DNA of 63,716 bases, counting the filler. It is 15 parts of 15 records of this genome, joined end to end, with 100 filler letters (N's around TTAATTAATTAA, not from the genome) between each part and the next. Parts side by side here need not be neighbours in the genome. Positions count along the whole stretch, not along the records: positions 7,812 to 11,503 come from SRR7504441_60129; positions 11,604 to 16,996 come from SRR7504441_60134; positions 17,097 to 20,479 come from SRR7504441_60144; positions 20,580 to 25,845 come from SRR7504441_60147; 11 more parts are not named here. One strand, given 5' to 3'. This document shows, one piece after another, positions 10,234 through 22,296 of the stretch. How positions within the stretch are numbered: position 1 is the stretch's first letter; each line of letters opens with the position of its first letter. The position numbers were made by a program, and so were the translations under genes. The notes beneath the pieces were generated by a model. That model was not told the DNA's origin. It saw only the letters and a list, made by a program, of their open reading frames with translations, and made no database searches.

Positions 10234-11503
10234 TTATGGTCGAGCTCGTAACCGCCGGTTGGAGCCCCGACTTGACTCCATTCCGGCCGTTTTTCTATTT
10301 AGTGGCACCGCCAGAGACTGGGCCAGTGCCGTTATCCCGGCCGGCAGCGCGCGGCTCGGGTCGGCAAAACTGAGCAGCAACGCAAACCCATCGCGCAGCC
10401 TGTTATTGTCGGTGATCGCCGCCTGGTGACTCGGGTGCAACGCAGCCAGCCTCCGCTCGACTCGCTCCAGGCAGCCAACCAGCTCCTGCCGCTCCGCCTC
10501 CCACGCGGCCCTGCTCTGCTGCTCAGGCCGTCGCATCGTCTCCTCCATTGCCGTTGCGGTCAGTCGCTGCAGGCTCCGGCCGCTCTCAGCCAGTCGCGAG
10601 TTTGTCAGGTCCAGCTCGGCCTGCAGCCTGGCCACCTCACCCTCCGACGCCTCGAGCAGCCACTCGACCTGCCGCTCCCGGTCTGTTGGCCGGTCCGGCG
10701 CGCCGCTCCGTCCGGCTCCGACCGGGCTGGGGGGGGCTGGGCTGGGCTCGGGACCAGGCTGCGGACCTCCCAACTGGGAGAGCAGCTGCCCTAGGTTTTG
10801 AGGCTCCCGTGGCCGAGCAGCTGGCGGCGTCGGCGAATAGCCAGAGATTTGCGGGCTGTACGCACTGAGATCTGGTCGGTCGATCGATCTCGAAAGACCA
10901 GTCCTTATGGCATCTTGCGTGTGCCCGCTCAATGCCCCATTTATCTGCTTCCTCACCAGCCCGGCCTTGATCGCCTGCTGTCCCGCTCTCCGCAGCCGCG
11001 AGTTCCCTCCATCTTCGCCAGCCTTACTCTCCGGGCTTGCCGAACCCTCCAACTGCGCCCTGTCCAGCCGGCTGCCTGCATGCTCCAACGGCCCGATCCG
11101 TTCGGGCGAGCCTTGCCGCCGCTCCTGCCTCTTTGACTCGATCCGCTCGTCCAGCTTCCGCCGCTCGGGCGATAGGCTCGCCAGTCTCCGCTCCTGCTTC
11201 TTAGACTCACGGTGCTGTGCGATTTCAGTTTGGAGCTTGCTCTTAGCCTCGCGCCTAACCTCGTGGGAATCCTGCTTCGGCGACCGCAGCAGCCGAGCCC
11301 GGCCGCCCTGCCGAGCCTCCGGAGTCTCCCGGCCCACCGACCGGCCCCGCTCTGGGGTGTGTGGCTCGATTTCTGCACGAGACAGCGCTCCTGCCGCCGG
11401 CTTCCTGACCGGCTTAGCCCGCTGCGTGACGCTGTCGAGCGTGGTGGCCTGCGCATGGTCGGCCTCGGCCTCGTTTACTGCCTCCGCCGCCCTGATCACC
11501 GCT
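10234..11503 (-). CDS. Hypothetical low-complexity/coiled-coil protein, 5'-partial
   Basis: ORF of at least 421 aa running to the contig edge; Arg/Glu-rich with SP motifs and a C-terminal heptad region. Confidence 0.6.
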
Positions 11504-11603
11504 NNNNNNNNNNNNNNNNNNNNNNNNNNNNNNNNNNNNNNNNNNNNTTAATTAATTAANNNNNNNNNNNNNNNNNNNNNNNNNNNNNNNNNNNNNNNNN
11601 NNN

Positions 11604-11959
11604 TACTCGCCTTTGGGTACGGCTGGCAGCAGAGCACCCGAGCTGGGTTCTGGTGGGGGTATATTGTGTTACAAGTGCTGGCACTTGGCTGGAGCTCGCT
11701 CGATCATTGGAAATCACCTGAGGAGTCGAGTCAACACAAGGCGCTTGGGCTGCTCCAGCTGAGCCTGCTGCTCTGCTCGGGCTATGCCCAGTTCGTGGTG
11801 GGGGATCTGCTGATGATGCGGCTGCTCTGCTGGCTGTGGGGGATGGCCCGGATCGGGAACGGTTGTGCCCAGCTTGAGGATTATGTGGCCGGAGTGCTAG
11901 GAGAGCCGGGAGTGGAGATTGTGCACGGGGCGCTGCTGCTCTGCATGGCCGCCGCATAA
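11604..11959 (+). CDS. 3' end of a hypothetical membrane protein
   Basis: Frame open from the contig edge (LAFGYGWQQSTRAGFWWGYIVLQVLAL...) with hydrophobic stretches; ends at TAA 11959. Confidence 0.45.
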
Positions 11960-12255
11960 TCTGTGCCTGAACCGCTAACAAAGCTAAAAACAGTTGCATC
12001 GTTGCCTTCAAGGCTGGTTGCACACCCGAGAAGACCGATTACGTAGATACATGGTGAACTAACGAACCATGTTGAACGTTCATAATAAAAGTCTAATCTA
12101 GAAAATCAATGGCGCGTGGACCGACCCTCCTGCTCCGGTCCTCGGGGTGCACGCGCCAGCGGTCCCGACGCGCCCCACTACGGTAGCATCCCGGCCCTGG
12201 CCAGCTTCCGATCCCTGCTAGATCCCTGCCCTCAAGACGTTGGGGGTTGCCTAGA

Positions 12256-13404
12256 ATGCAGAGCGGCGTAGTCCGGCCGGGGCAGGTGGCCGCGACCAAG
12301 GCCCTTGTGCAGCTCGCTTCTCGGCGGACCGAGCTGGAGGAGGCCACCGAGGCGCAGGCCAAGGCTGTGGCCGCCCGGAACCGAGTGGCCCTGAGCGAGC
12401 GTCACGCGGACGGCCTGGAAACCCTGGTGCGCCGACTGGAGGCCCGAGTTGCCGCCTTGCCCGGAGAGCCGGCCGCACCGCAGCCGGATGAGTCGTTGCT
12501 CGCGGCGGTCCGACGGGCGGCCGAGGACGAGCGGGACGAGATTCGGCGGCGGCTGGCGGTGTGCGGGTGGGGCTGGGCCGGCCTGAGAGGGTCGGTCCGA
12601 GCGCCGGATCAGCTGGAACCGCTCGACGAGATCCGCATGCGCGTACACCGGCTGCTCAGCATGCCCGACCGGCCGAGCCCGGAGCATGCGGTCCGGGCGG
12701 CGGTGCTTGCCGAGGAGTTTGCCTGCGCGGACGGGTCGGCGCGTCTTCAGCAGGGCCGGGAGAAGCATGCGAGCACGACCAGACAGATCAAGGAAGCGTT
12801 AAGTCAGGTGAGCAGGCCAGCTCGGGAGGCGCAGCTAGCCCGGGAGGCGCGCGAGCGGGCCCGGGCGGACAAGATCAAGGCCCGAGCGGAGGCCAAGGCC
12901 CAACGGGAGACGGCCCGCAAGCGCAGAGAAGAGCAGGCCAGGGAACAAGTGGCCGAGATGGGCGACAGCCGGCTGCAGATCGGGCTTCAGGCGGCGAGGC
13001 TGAAGGACGCGCTGCGTGAGATACGGGCGGCGAGGGAGCAGTCAGACCAGGCTGCAGCGCAGATCGAGGAGCAGCTGGATCGGCTGAGGCGAGAGCTGAG
13101 TGGGAAGCAAGAGGCCCGGGACAACCTGGAGGCCGAGGTGGCGCGATGGGGCCAAAAGAAGGTGGACGATCAGGCCGGGCTGACCAAACTGCAGCTCAAG
13201 TATGACAAGCTCGAACAAGGCTACAGCACAGTGCTTGAGGCTGTGCGTGAGGCTGCATCCACCACGGGTGAGAGCGAGCAGTTGTCGCCTATGGAGATAC
13301 TGCAGCGGATCACAGGGAAGCTGGATGAGAATAGAAAGGCGATCGAGAAGCACAAGGAGCAAATGACCAATCTCTTGATGGATGACGTCATTGGTGATAT
13401 CTGA
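12256..13404 (+). CDS. Hypothetical coiled-coil protein (start uncertain)
   Basis: About 380-aa ORF, E/R/A/Q-rich heptads, followed by AT-rich 3' flank. Confidence 0.7.
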   Translation: MQSGVVRPGQVAATKALVQLASRRTELEEATEAQAKAVAARNRVALSERHADGLETLVRRLEARVAALPGEPAAPQPDESLLAAVRRAAEDERDEIRRRLAVCGWGWAGLRGSVRAPDQLEPLDEIRMRVHRLLSMPDRPSPEHAVRAAVLAEEFACADGSARLQQGREKHASTTRQIKEALSQVSRPAREAQLAREARERARADKIKARAEAKAQRETARKRREEQAREQVAEMGDSRLQIGLQAARLKDALREIRAAREQSDQAAAQIEEQLDRLRRELSGKQEARDNLEAEVARWGQKKVDDQAGLTKLQLKYDKLEQGYSTVLEAVREAASTTGESEQLSPMEILQRITGKLDENRKAIEKHKEQMTNLLMDDVIGDI

Positions 13405-13751
13405 TCTCGAGTCCTCAAACTAATTACATTTCAAACGGTATACGTATATCCCTCATCAAATACACATGAAAGTCTAATCAAAGGCAAACAAACACACGTT
13501 TGTAAAACAAATGTACATGACCTGTGTTTGCACGCATGTGTGATTAAAAATAGTGGTCCACTTACGGTCCGCCTATCTCCTGCCTATCAAGTGCCAACGG
13601 CTTAATATCCCGAGCTCTAAATTAATACATGTAGTCTAGCACTTGTGCCCTGGGGCGGAGCCGAATGGTCTCTAGCTAGGCTACTTTTAAGCTCTCATAG
13701 GGCGCAACAAAGATATCGATTGATTGATTGATCTCAAGCTCTAGGTCTTCT

Positions 13752-16700
13752 TTATTTACGGTAATCAAAGGTTAAGTGATCGACAACGACCTCTAATTGC
13801 TGTAGACTTGGCGTCACGGGCGGGCTCTCACATTCGCACCAAATTTCAGTTTTACTCTCCCTAGCTTCTGACTGGTGGTCCCTGCCGTAGATCCCCATTC
13901 GGCCCACCTTTGCTGCTGGGGCTATGCCCTTCTCCCCAAGCACGTCAGTCAATGCTACGACGGCGACCTGTGAGGCTTGAATCCAATCAGACCATGCGGT
14001 GTCACTGGCATCAAGCCGTGGAGGTGGATCTGACGCAGCTCGGCGTTGGACCTCCTTGGCCTTGAGCTGTTTTACAATCTTGGTCAAACTGTCTGTGTGC
14101 TTCCTGGCGGCCTCCGCTTCGGCGGTAGCCAGGTTGTAGACCACGATGCCCAAAAGAGAGATGCAGCTGATCCAGACAAAATAGGCAATCGTATCTGTGC
14201 TGTGGATATTAGTGATGGAGCAAACGTTAGAGACACTTCGATACTTAGCTGCGTTCCACAGTTCGGTCGGGCTATTGGCTGATAAATTATCGGGATTGGG
14301 CAGAAGTGCTGTGTCAAAAAAGAGCTCGAGCGAATACTTTTCGCTGAGATACTTCCGACTGTCGATCTTCAGAAGGTATGCGCCTGAGGGAATGGCACCA
14401 CCTGAGGCGTAGCAGCAGTCCAGAAGTGTCTGCTGATAGGGTGTTATAACTACCTGCACATTATACGTGACACCATAATATTGTTCTAAATTGGAGGTTA
14501 GAAGTTCGAGGAGCCAAATGATTGCAGTGGCAATGCCGATCTTCAGTGCGAGCCAGCGATGTCTTCTATGATGCCAACTATCAAAGTCATTCCAAGATAT
14601 GCGACGGTCAAGGCGCAGGATGACCACCATATAAATACCCAGCAATAGTTTCCAACCTGCATAAATGACTGCAAGGACCTTGTTGCAATCTGCACCGTCG
14701 TCTGGAAATACCCAACTGACTGCAGTAGATTGCATGTCGATTGTGTCTCCTGATAATAGGATGGAGAGCTCTGCTGCACCCGCATAGCCATAATAGAAGC
14801 CAAGCAGATAAAACACGCGGCGACAATTGCCCAGAGGAGGGTCCAGACGTGAGCAAAACCCTCCAAACTCCTGCGAAGTAAGCAGCTTCTGGAATAGGAC
14901 AAGCAAAGAAAGGGACATGACAAAAAACAGCGCACAGGAAACATAACCCACAGCGTTCTCAGCAGTGTCCCAGGCAGAAAATGGACCATGAAACAGGCTA
15001 TCTTGGGTTGGCGTTTGCATTTCTTTGAGTAGCATGAGGTACACGCAGCTGGCTGCAAAGATCCCGACGATCCGGCTCTCCGTGACCCGATCAGCTAGAG
15101 CAAAGATGAGTAGGGGCAGCAGAAATCCAAAGTAAATCACCCGGGGTAAGAGGACAAACGCATAAATATACCATTCCATCCGAACTCCATGTGACTCGAC
15201 ACTCTCCATCAAATATTCCGAGTGCGCTAGCCAACTAACCAATACCGTAAATGTAGGCAGCCCATCGAGTGTCACCACCCAGCACCCAGCTACTGCAGCC
15301 AGCCAGAGCTTTTGGCGCACGACTCCCCACGTGCCGCGGCGCTTTTTTAGGAGAGGAGGAGAAAGGCACATTGTATGATTAAAAAGACCGAGAAGAGGCC
15401 AAATGTTGACCACATTGAGTTCCATTCCAGGCCGCCAGATGTCGATCGCATCGTAACCACCCGTGACACTGAGCGCAAATTCCCTCATGTACTTAAACAA
15501 TCCCATATAGATGACGTCATAGACTTGCCTGAAGCCACTTTTTGACAGGGTTATGAGCACAAGCGAATCCCTGAAATCGATCTTATGAACACTTACTGCC
15601 TGCTCAGCGACATCTTGAATAGCCTCCGTTGCTTCCTTCTTCAACAAGTCACTCGCATCGGAATCAATGATGCACGCCAGCATCTTTCCGAGTCTTTTGG
15701 GCGCAGCTAAGGAAGAACGCAGTTGCCAGAGAGGACTTTTAGCAGCCGTGAATAAGTAGAGCCAAGTAACCTCTTCTTTGCGGGAAACTCGGGATGCCAC
15801 CTCGACTTCCCCCACAATAAGCGAAGCTCGCAGCAGACTACTGCCAAATTCAACCCCTTCATCAGGACAAGTGACCTTGGCTTTGCACGTCTCTTGGTCT
15901 CGGATGGCGGCGATTGCTCGTCGAAGCTGGTCTTCGTCTAAATCTGCTTTCGAACGCCGAAGCAGATGCTCGTCTATATTCTCTAGTAGGTAGTAAGCCC
16001 AGTTCACCTCTGAAGTGAAGTGCTGTTCTAAAATTTGTGCGACCGCCAGGCCATCTAAGCGAAGCTGCAGCGCACTGACAGTACATATAAGCTCTTCATG
16101 CCGTGCCATTCGTGCCTCGACCGAGGGCACTGTCATACACAGACCATCGACTGCGCCATTCCAGCCAATCAAGCGGACAGTAGGTCCTGAATTCATCTCA
16201 TGCGTCGCAGAATAATTATCTAGAGTTTTTGAACTAGGGATCTGTAGTTTCAGGCGGACACACTGCTCATTTTCATCTGATCGTGACCGCACGTCGAGCC
16301 CTTCGCTCTTCGTGGGACTGTCTACCATCTGGAGGAACGCTCGGTACATTTTCTTGATGAACAGTTCGAATAGCTCGAGATTGCACTGAAGCTCGAACGA
16401 GCGGCAGCTGACGGAGGAGTCGATCCCTACAAAGTGAGCAACAGGTGACATCACACGAATGACCATCATCTTTTGGTCCAACATTTCGGAGCTGCAATTC
16501 TCCTCTCTGAGATCTTGGAGCCCCTTGGGCGAATGCACCAGCAAATCACAACCGAAGTGACCATGAAATGCGATCTCAAGAACGTCAGTGGCGTTGCTAG
16601 CTGGAACGAGCCACTCACGGCAGAGCTGCCCAACCAGTATCGCCTTGGAAAGCTGATGAATTTGCTTGATGGTGAACTGTCCTACCTTCTTGTGATCTTT

Positions 16701-16996
16701 CAGACCATCGTCGATATCCTCCCCAATTCCTTTGGCCAGGCTCAGAACTGTTTCCACATGAGCTGATGCTAGATCAACTATAATCTTCTCATCCGGGACC
16801 AGCTCGCCCTGATCGGTTGAGGCAAACAAATCGAAAGAGATGCGCTTCAGATTCCAGGGTAGCAACCTGAGCGTGCCTTCCGTGCACTGCAGCGTGATGA
16901 CTCCAACGATCCGACCAGGAATAGATAGAAAGGGTATTTCCCCGTGTGCAGCACTCTCGAGGTGGCATCGGAGTCCTTCAGAAATAATCTTGATGC
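13752..16996 (-). CDS. Large uncharacterised multi-pass membrane protein, 5'-partial, no introns needed
   Basis: Frame stays open to the contig edge (more than 1080 aa); soluble N-half and many hydrophobic segments in the C-half; no motif recognised. Confidence 0.8.
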
Positions 16997-17515
16997 NNNN
17001 NNNNNNNNNNNNNNNNNNNNNNNNNNNNNNNNNNNNNNNNTTAATTAATTAANNNNNNNNNNNNNNNNNNNNNNNNNNNNNNNNNNNNNNNNNNNNGACC
17101 GCGGGTCCCAACCGCCTGCACCTCCAAGACTTTTTCGACGGTGCAGACTCTGTGTGCTTGATTGATCACATTTACGACTATTATATGCTTGCAGTGCTAG
17201 CCAGTAGCCACCAGAAGCGCCGCATCGGTCTCGCCGCAGATCACAAAATCGGCTCTCGCTCGAGGCTCGAGCTGTAAGCTCGAACTCCCCGCTCCCGTCA
17301 ACGTCTCATCGGCCTTGAGCATCGCCGCATCGCATGCATACGTGCATGCCTCATGGGCCTCATCCTGTTTATGAACTCGTCTATACTGCCATCCCAGCCG
17401 CTATGGGGTACCACTCACGTGCACGGTGTTCCAAGTGCTCGGTGCGTCGGTGAAGATCAGGCTGCCGTTGTTTCATATTTGGCCACTGTCGGGGTGTGCG
17501 GGCACCAAACGAAGC

Positions 17516-19094
17516 ATGACTGAGGAGCTTCCCTCAGTGGACACGCCGGAGCTGCCCGAGCCGTCGACCGCCCAGCCCACCGAGGCTAGCGCCGAGGCAG
17601 CCAGCCGCAGCAACGCCCTGGCACATCGAGGGGTGCAGGAGGCGAACGCTGTGACAGAGGAGGCTTCGCAGTCACAGCAACAGGACGAGCCCGGCTCGGG
17701 CGTGCGGTTCATGGTCGGCGTTGACGGCTCTGACCTCGCCCTAAAGGTCCTCAGTGCCCCGCGTATCATGTGTACACGGCTTGTGCTGTCGGGGCCCCCT
17801 GTTGACCCTGATGGGTGCACAGGCGTTCCAAGAGGCGGCGGCCTGGCTGAGGCCAGAGGATACCCTGATTGTCTACCACTGCTCCAACCCGGCCAGGTCA
17901 GCGCCACAGCCTCACCGCGCCATTTCGGGTGCAGATACCCAGAAATGGCACCGAGCTATCACCCAGACGCAATAGTAGCCTCGTTCGAGGCGGAGGCTAT
18001 CAGACTGGGCATAGCCCCCGATCAACTTGCTGGACCTCGCGCCAGGCTGCAGTTCGTTGTGGAGCAGAAACAGGCATCAGCCGCCCTTTGGGCATCGCAT
18101 GACTGAGCGATGCAGGGTCTTTCGGACAAGATCCGGAAAAAGATCAGCAGCTACGCCTCTCAACATGAGGTGGATGTTCTGTTCCTCGGGACCTCCGGTG
18201 CAAAGGGTCATGATAAGATGGGCCACCAGTCAGCTGAAGGCTGTGAGAGGCTTGGCTCAGCAGCCCACGAGTGTATCGAGGCGGCGGCCTGCTCAGTAGT
18301 AGTGATAAAGAATTCCACGCCTCAAAGCAGCGCCGACAAGCCCAAGAGGTGCGGGCATAAGTAGTGACACAAATGACGGTGAGGCGAGGTTTCTTGTGGG
18401 GGTTGATGGGTCTGACATTGCGCACAAGGTGCTGTGCCTGGCTTGGTCCGAAGTAACTTAGAACTCTCCCAGGGCTTCCTTGTGGCGTGCGGCCTTGCCC
18501 ATGAGAATGACGCCATTTTGACAATGACCATCGGAGAATCAAAGCCTCAACGGCGATTCAAGGCACGGCCTTATTGGCTTGGTTGCGCCAATGAGCAGGT
18601 GCAGAAACTGCCAATCTGCTTCCGTCCAGAAAATATTGTCGAAAGATACAACGAGCTGCTCACCGAGATGCATCGAGGCGAGGCGTTTGCAGAGGTAATC
18701 TAGCCTAGGACTTCCACCATGTCAGTCGAACTGCACTCTCGCCGCTAGTGCGGAGCATCTCTAAGTGCTTTGCTAGGTGCCTCAGGGGGTTGGGCTCGGA
18801 CGGCATTTTGTTCAGGTTAGTATCTCTAACTACGCAAGGGACTCTCTATATTAACTTGCTGCATGATAGGCGTCAGAGAGAGAAGAGATGAATGCCAGCT
18901 ACCTAGTCTTCGGCTCCAAAGGCTTGTCTGGCAAGAAGGCAGCCCTTGGTACATTCATCCTTGTTGCAATGTCATATGCATTCGCCTGACTAGACGCTGG
19001 ACCTGTAGGTTCCGTGGCGAATTATTGTGTGCGCCATGCGCGGGTTGGAGTTCTAGTAGTGAAAGAGTCTTCGCGGGTGCCGTTACGGAAGTGA
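17516..19094 (+). CDS. Tandem universal stress protein (USP) domain protein, multi-exon
   Basis: RFMVGVDGSDLA..., DVLFLGTSG, LGSAAHECIEAAACSVVVIK, then a second RFLVGVDGSDIA... ending LGSVANYCVRHARVGVLVVK. Confidence 0.85.
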
Positions 19095-19234
19095 CGGAGC
19101 TCAATGAGATACGTACATCGTTTATACAATCATCGTTTACTTACATGCTTATTACAAGTTACGGTAACAGAAGGCGCGTCGATCTCTAATAGATCTCTAA
19201 TAGATCTCTAATTCTATACTATACAAGTAATCAC

Positions 19235-20420
19235 TTATCTGTAGACACCTAGTTGTCGTTGAGCCAAGGGTGGTCGTACTCCTCGAAATGTTTCGGATTC
19301 TTACGGTAGCAACTGCCCCCAACCCCCATCACGCCCCGCTTAGCGCGACCGGGTCGCTACCTGCGCCCATACATGCACACGGGCTTGGCTGGAGCTGGCG
19401 CCGGGGCTGGAGCTGGGCTCTCAGCATCCGCATCGGAGTCAAAATCCTCCGAATCGTCCCTGGCCCAGCCATCAGCCTACCAGGTTGCTTGAGTCCAACC
19501 CGCCGTCATCCACATAGCTCTCCTCGGACCAGTCATCAGGACCATCGTCCTCATCCTCGGATGGCTTGGACTTTTTCGGACTCGGACCCTTTGCTGCAGC
19601 TGCCTTGCGCTTGGCACCCGCTGTGACAGCCAGTGAGCCCGCCCTGTTCCAGCATCGCCACCGGACTCGCGCCGGTCGTCGGGGTGCGAATACTCGGCGG
19701 TGTGCGCAGGGTTATTCTGGCGGTAGCACCTGCACCACGGCTCACGCCCAGCCCTGCCACAGTCTGGCACTTAGCGCCGAACGGACAGGCTGGCTTAGCA
19801 TCTGCCGACTGGTCTAACTCCGGCTGGTCGAGGTGGTTGAGTCCGGCAGGATACTGGTTCTCGAGAGAAACGAACATGGCCTCTGCTGTCGGGAAGCTGG
19901 CCAGTATTTGGTCCACCTTCCCGCTGTCGGCTGGCGCCCTCGGGAGAGCACACCTCGGGCACCCTGGCCGAGTCGACGATCTGAAGATACTCAATCAGCT
20001 TCTCCCTGTGTACATGGGTAGGGTCCTCCGCCTCGTCTAGTGCAGCGCTGGATGGCCGAGCCTCCGCGGACGCCTGCACCGCTCTCAGACACAACCGTTC
20101 TCAGGCTTTCACAGCCACATCGGCAGGCCCCCCGACCACCTCCAGCTCCGTATCCGAGCTCGCTACCTGAACCAGCCATTGTGAGCCACAATCGGCTCGG
20201 CTGAAAGTCGCCTCGGTCTCGTCTCCAGAGTCCGCGGGAGCCGGCGGGGCAGCCGCGGTCTGGTTCCGGCCGCCAAGGCAGGCTGGCAGCTTGCGGTTGG
20301 CCGGGGCGAAGCTGAGCTTGGTCTGCGGGAGGTCGGCGGGCACAGAGGGCGCTGACCTGGACAGGACCGGGCGGGCGGCTGGCGTTGAGCTTGGCTTCTA
20401 TTTGCTCCTGCGTCTGCTAG
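19235..20420 (-). CDS. Protein with two PBZ (poly-ADP-ribose-binding, APLF-type CCHH) zinc fingers; 5' end uncertain
   Basis: Spliced KPACPFGAKCYRQNNPAHTAEYSHP and KPVCMYGRSCYRKNPKHFEEYDHP; each finger is interrupted by a short intron. Confidence 0.75.
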
Positions 20421-20749
20421 CACTCAGAGTATAGTACTACAGCAGTACAGCAGTATAGCACTCTAGCGGTATAATAGTANNNNNNNNNNNNNNNNNNNNN
20501 NNNNNNNNNNNNNNNNNNNNNNNTTAATTAATTAANNNNNNNNNNNNNNNNNNNNNNNNNNNNNNNNNNNNNNNNNNNNACAAGTCGTTTAATTGGATTC
20601 TAACTTAGTCTTAGTACAGGTACAGTTACTGATTACTGAACTTAGACCGAGCTCGAGCTGGCAACGTTTGCCGCCATTTTATTTTGCATGACTGGGGACA
20701 ACGTCGAGTGTGCCGCCATCTGAGGGCAAAGCTATCAAACGAATATCAT

Positions 20750-22150
20750 GAAGTATTCGTAAGATGAAACGGACGGAAGACAGGTTGACTCAATAGGACG
20801 CAATCTTTCTTCCGCTGACTATAAGTAGTGGCCTTGCAGCTTGCGGCAGCCGGCGGCTTCTCTGCTCCATCGGCTACGCTGCTGTGAGGATATATAGAAG
20901 AGTAACGAGAGAAGGAGCCACAATCGGGAACAACGAGCTACATGAGTGAACGTATGAGGCTTGAGCTGTCAGGAGCATCGATTGAGCTGTCTGGGTGCAG
21001 CTGTCAATGGTCTAGCAAGCCAGAGCCAGCATCGTTTGCTTCAAGCGAGAGAAATGCGGGATCGGTCTGGTCTTCCCAGAGCAACGCGTTTGAACTTTCC
21101 TAGCCAGCAGACGAAACTCACACACTGGAGGGCTGAGCTGCATGAAAGTGACCTTAGCACGCCTGGGGGATCTCAGACCTGCACCTCAGTATAAATTACT
21201 CATCCAACGCTGCAGGTCAACCTTCAATGGATCCAGATGATTCCAGGTTATCAATTTTATCCTTGACGACTGAGATGGATGTCTCCTGTCCAAGCAGTTG
21301 CTGTAATGATCACGGTCAAGCAAAGGAGATGAGAACCATATCTTTAATCTGCTTGATCGTCGCCCGTTTCTCTTTGACGGCGTCGAAGACAGCTCGAGAG
21401 ACAGTTTCATCTACATTCAGCAGGCTGGTTGCCAGGCTCTTCTGGAAAAGCTGATCAGAGTGCGCTGTGGCCGGCTCCAATAGCATATATATTTACGATG
21501 CGAATGCAAGAGAACCTGGACAGCGTCGACGAACTGAGCCTCGGTGTCCACGAAAGACTTCCGCCAGAAGCTCTGCGCGTCTTTCATGTTCTGCGCTTCG
21601 TTCTTGGCGCGGGCTGCCAGTTGCGGGCTGACCTGATCGAATCGGTCCTGATCCTCGAGTTCGGCGGTGAGCTGCTCACTGGCCAGAGCACAGGGGGTGA
21701 GCCGCAAAACAAGACGCGATAGTATGAGCTCACATCGAGTGCTGCATCAGCTCTTTCTTTTGGGCAGCGCTGGCCAAGTCTTGCTCGAGCTTGAGGCAGG
21801 CCTGTTGCTGCACCACGCTCGGTTCAGCATACGCAGTCGCCCACTCCAGACCAGCTTTTCAACCTCGCTTTGCACTTCTGAAAGTGAGCCCTCCATAGCC
21901 GCTAGCTGCTCTTTTTTCAGCGCGGTAAGCTGGCGTGCGGACTGCAGCTCGGTCTCAGCCTCGTACTTGTCGCACTCGAGGTCGGTCAAAGCGTGTAACA
22001 CGCCGCGGTGGTGAAGATCTGCCAGCCCACGGTCGAATGAGGCGAGGAGTGGCAGGCTCAATCATCAGTGGGCGGGACATGTGGTCCCGATCAACGCCGT
22101 CCTACAGGTTCGGAAGGAGGGCGGGGCGAACCTTTATTGCCGGCCAGCAT
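20750..22150 (-). CDS. Hypothetical multi-exon coiled-coil protein (boundaries approximate)
   Basis: Exon-like heptad-rich segments (KYEAETELQSARQLTALKKEQ; LFQKSLATSLLNVDETVSRAVFDAVKEK) separated by short GT-AG intervals. Confidence 0.4.
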
Positions 22151-22296
22151 GTTGCTCTGTCCGGACAAATCCGTTGGACTCCGAAGAGCCCGGCCGAGGC
22201 CACGGCGTTGAGCACGGGTGGGCTGCTGGAGCCACAGCTTCGGGCAACTCGGGGCGAGCAGCTTGCCCAGCCACGCAGCAGGGAGAGTGACGATCC

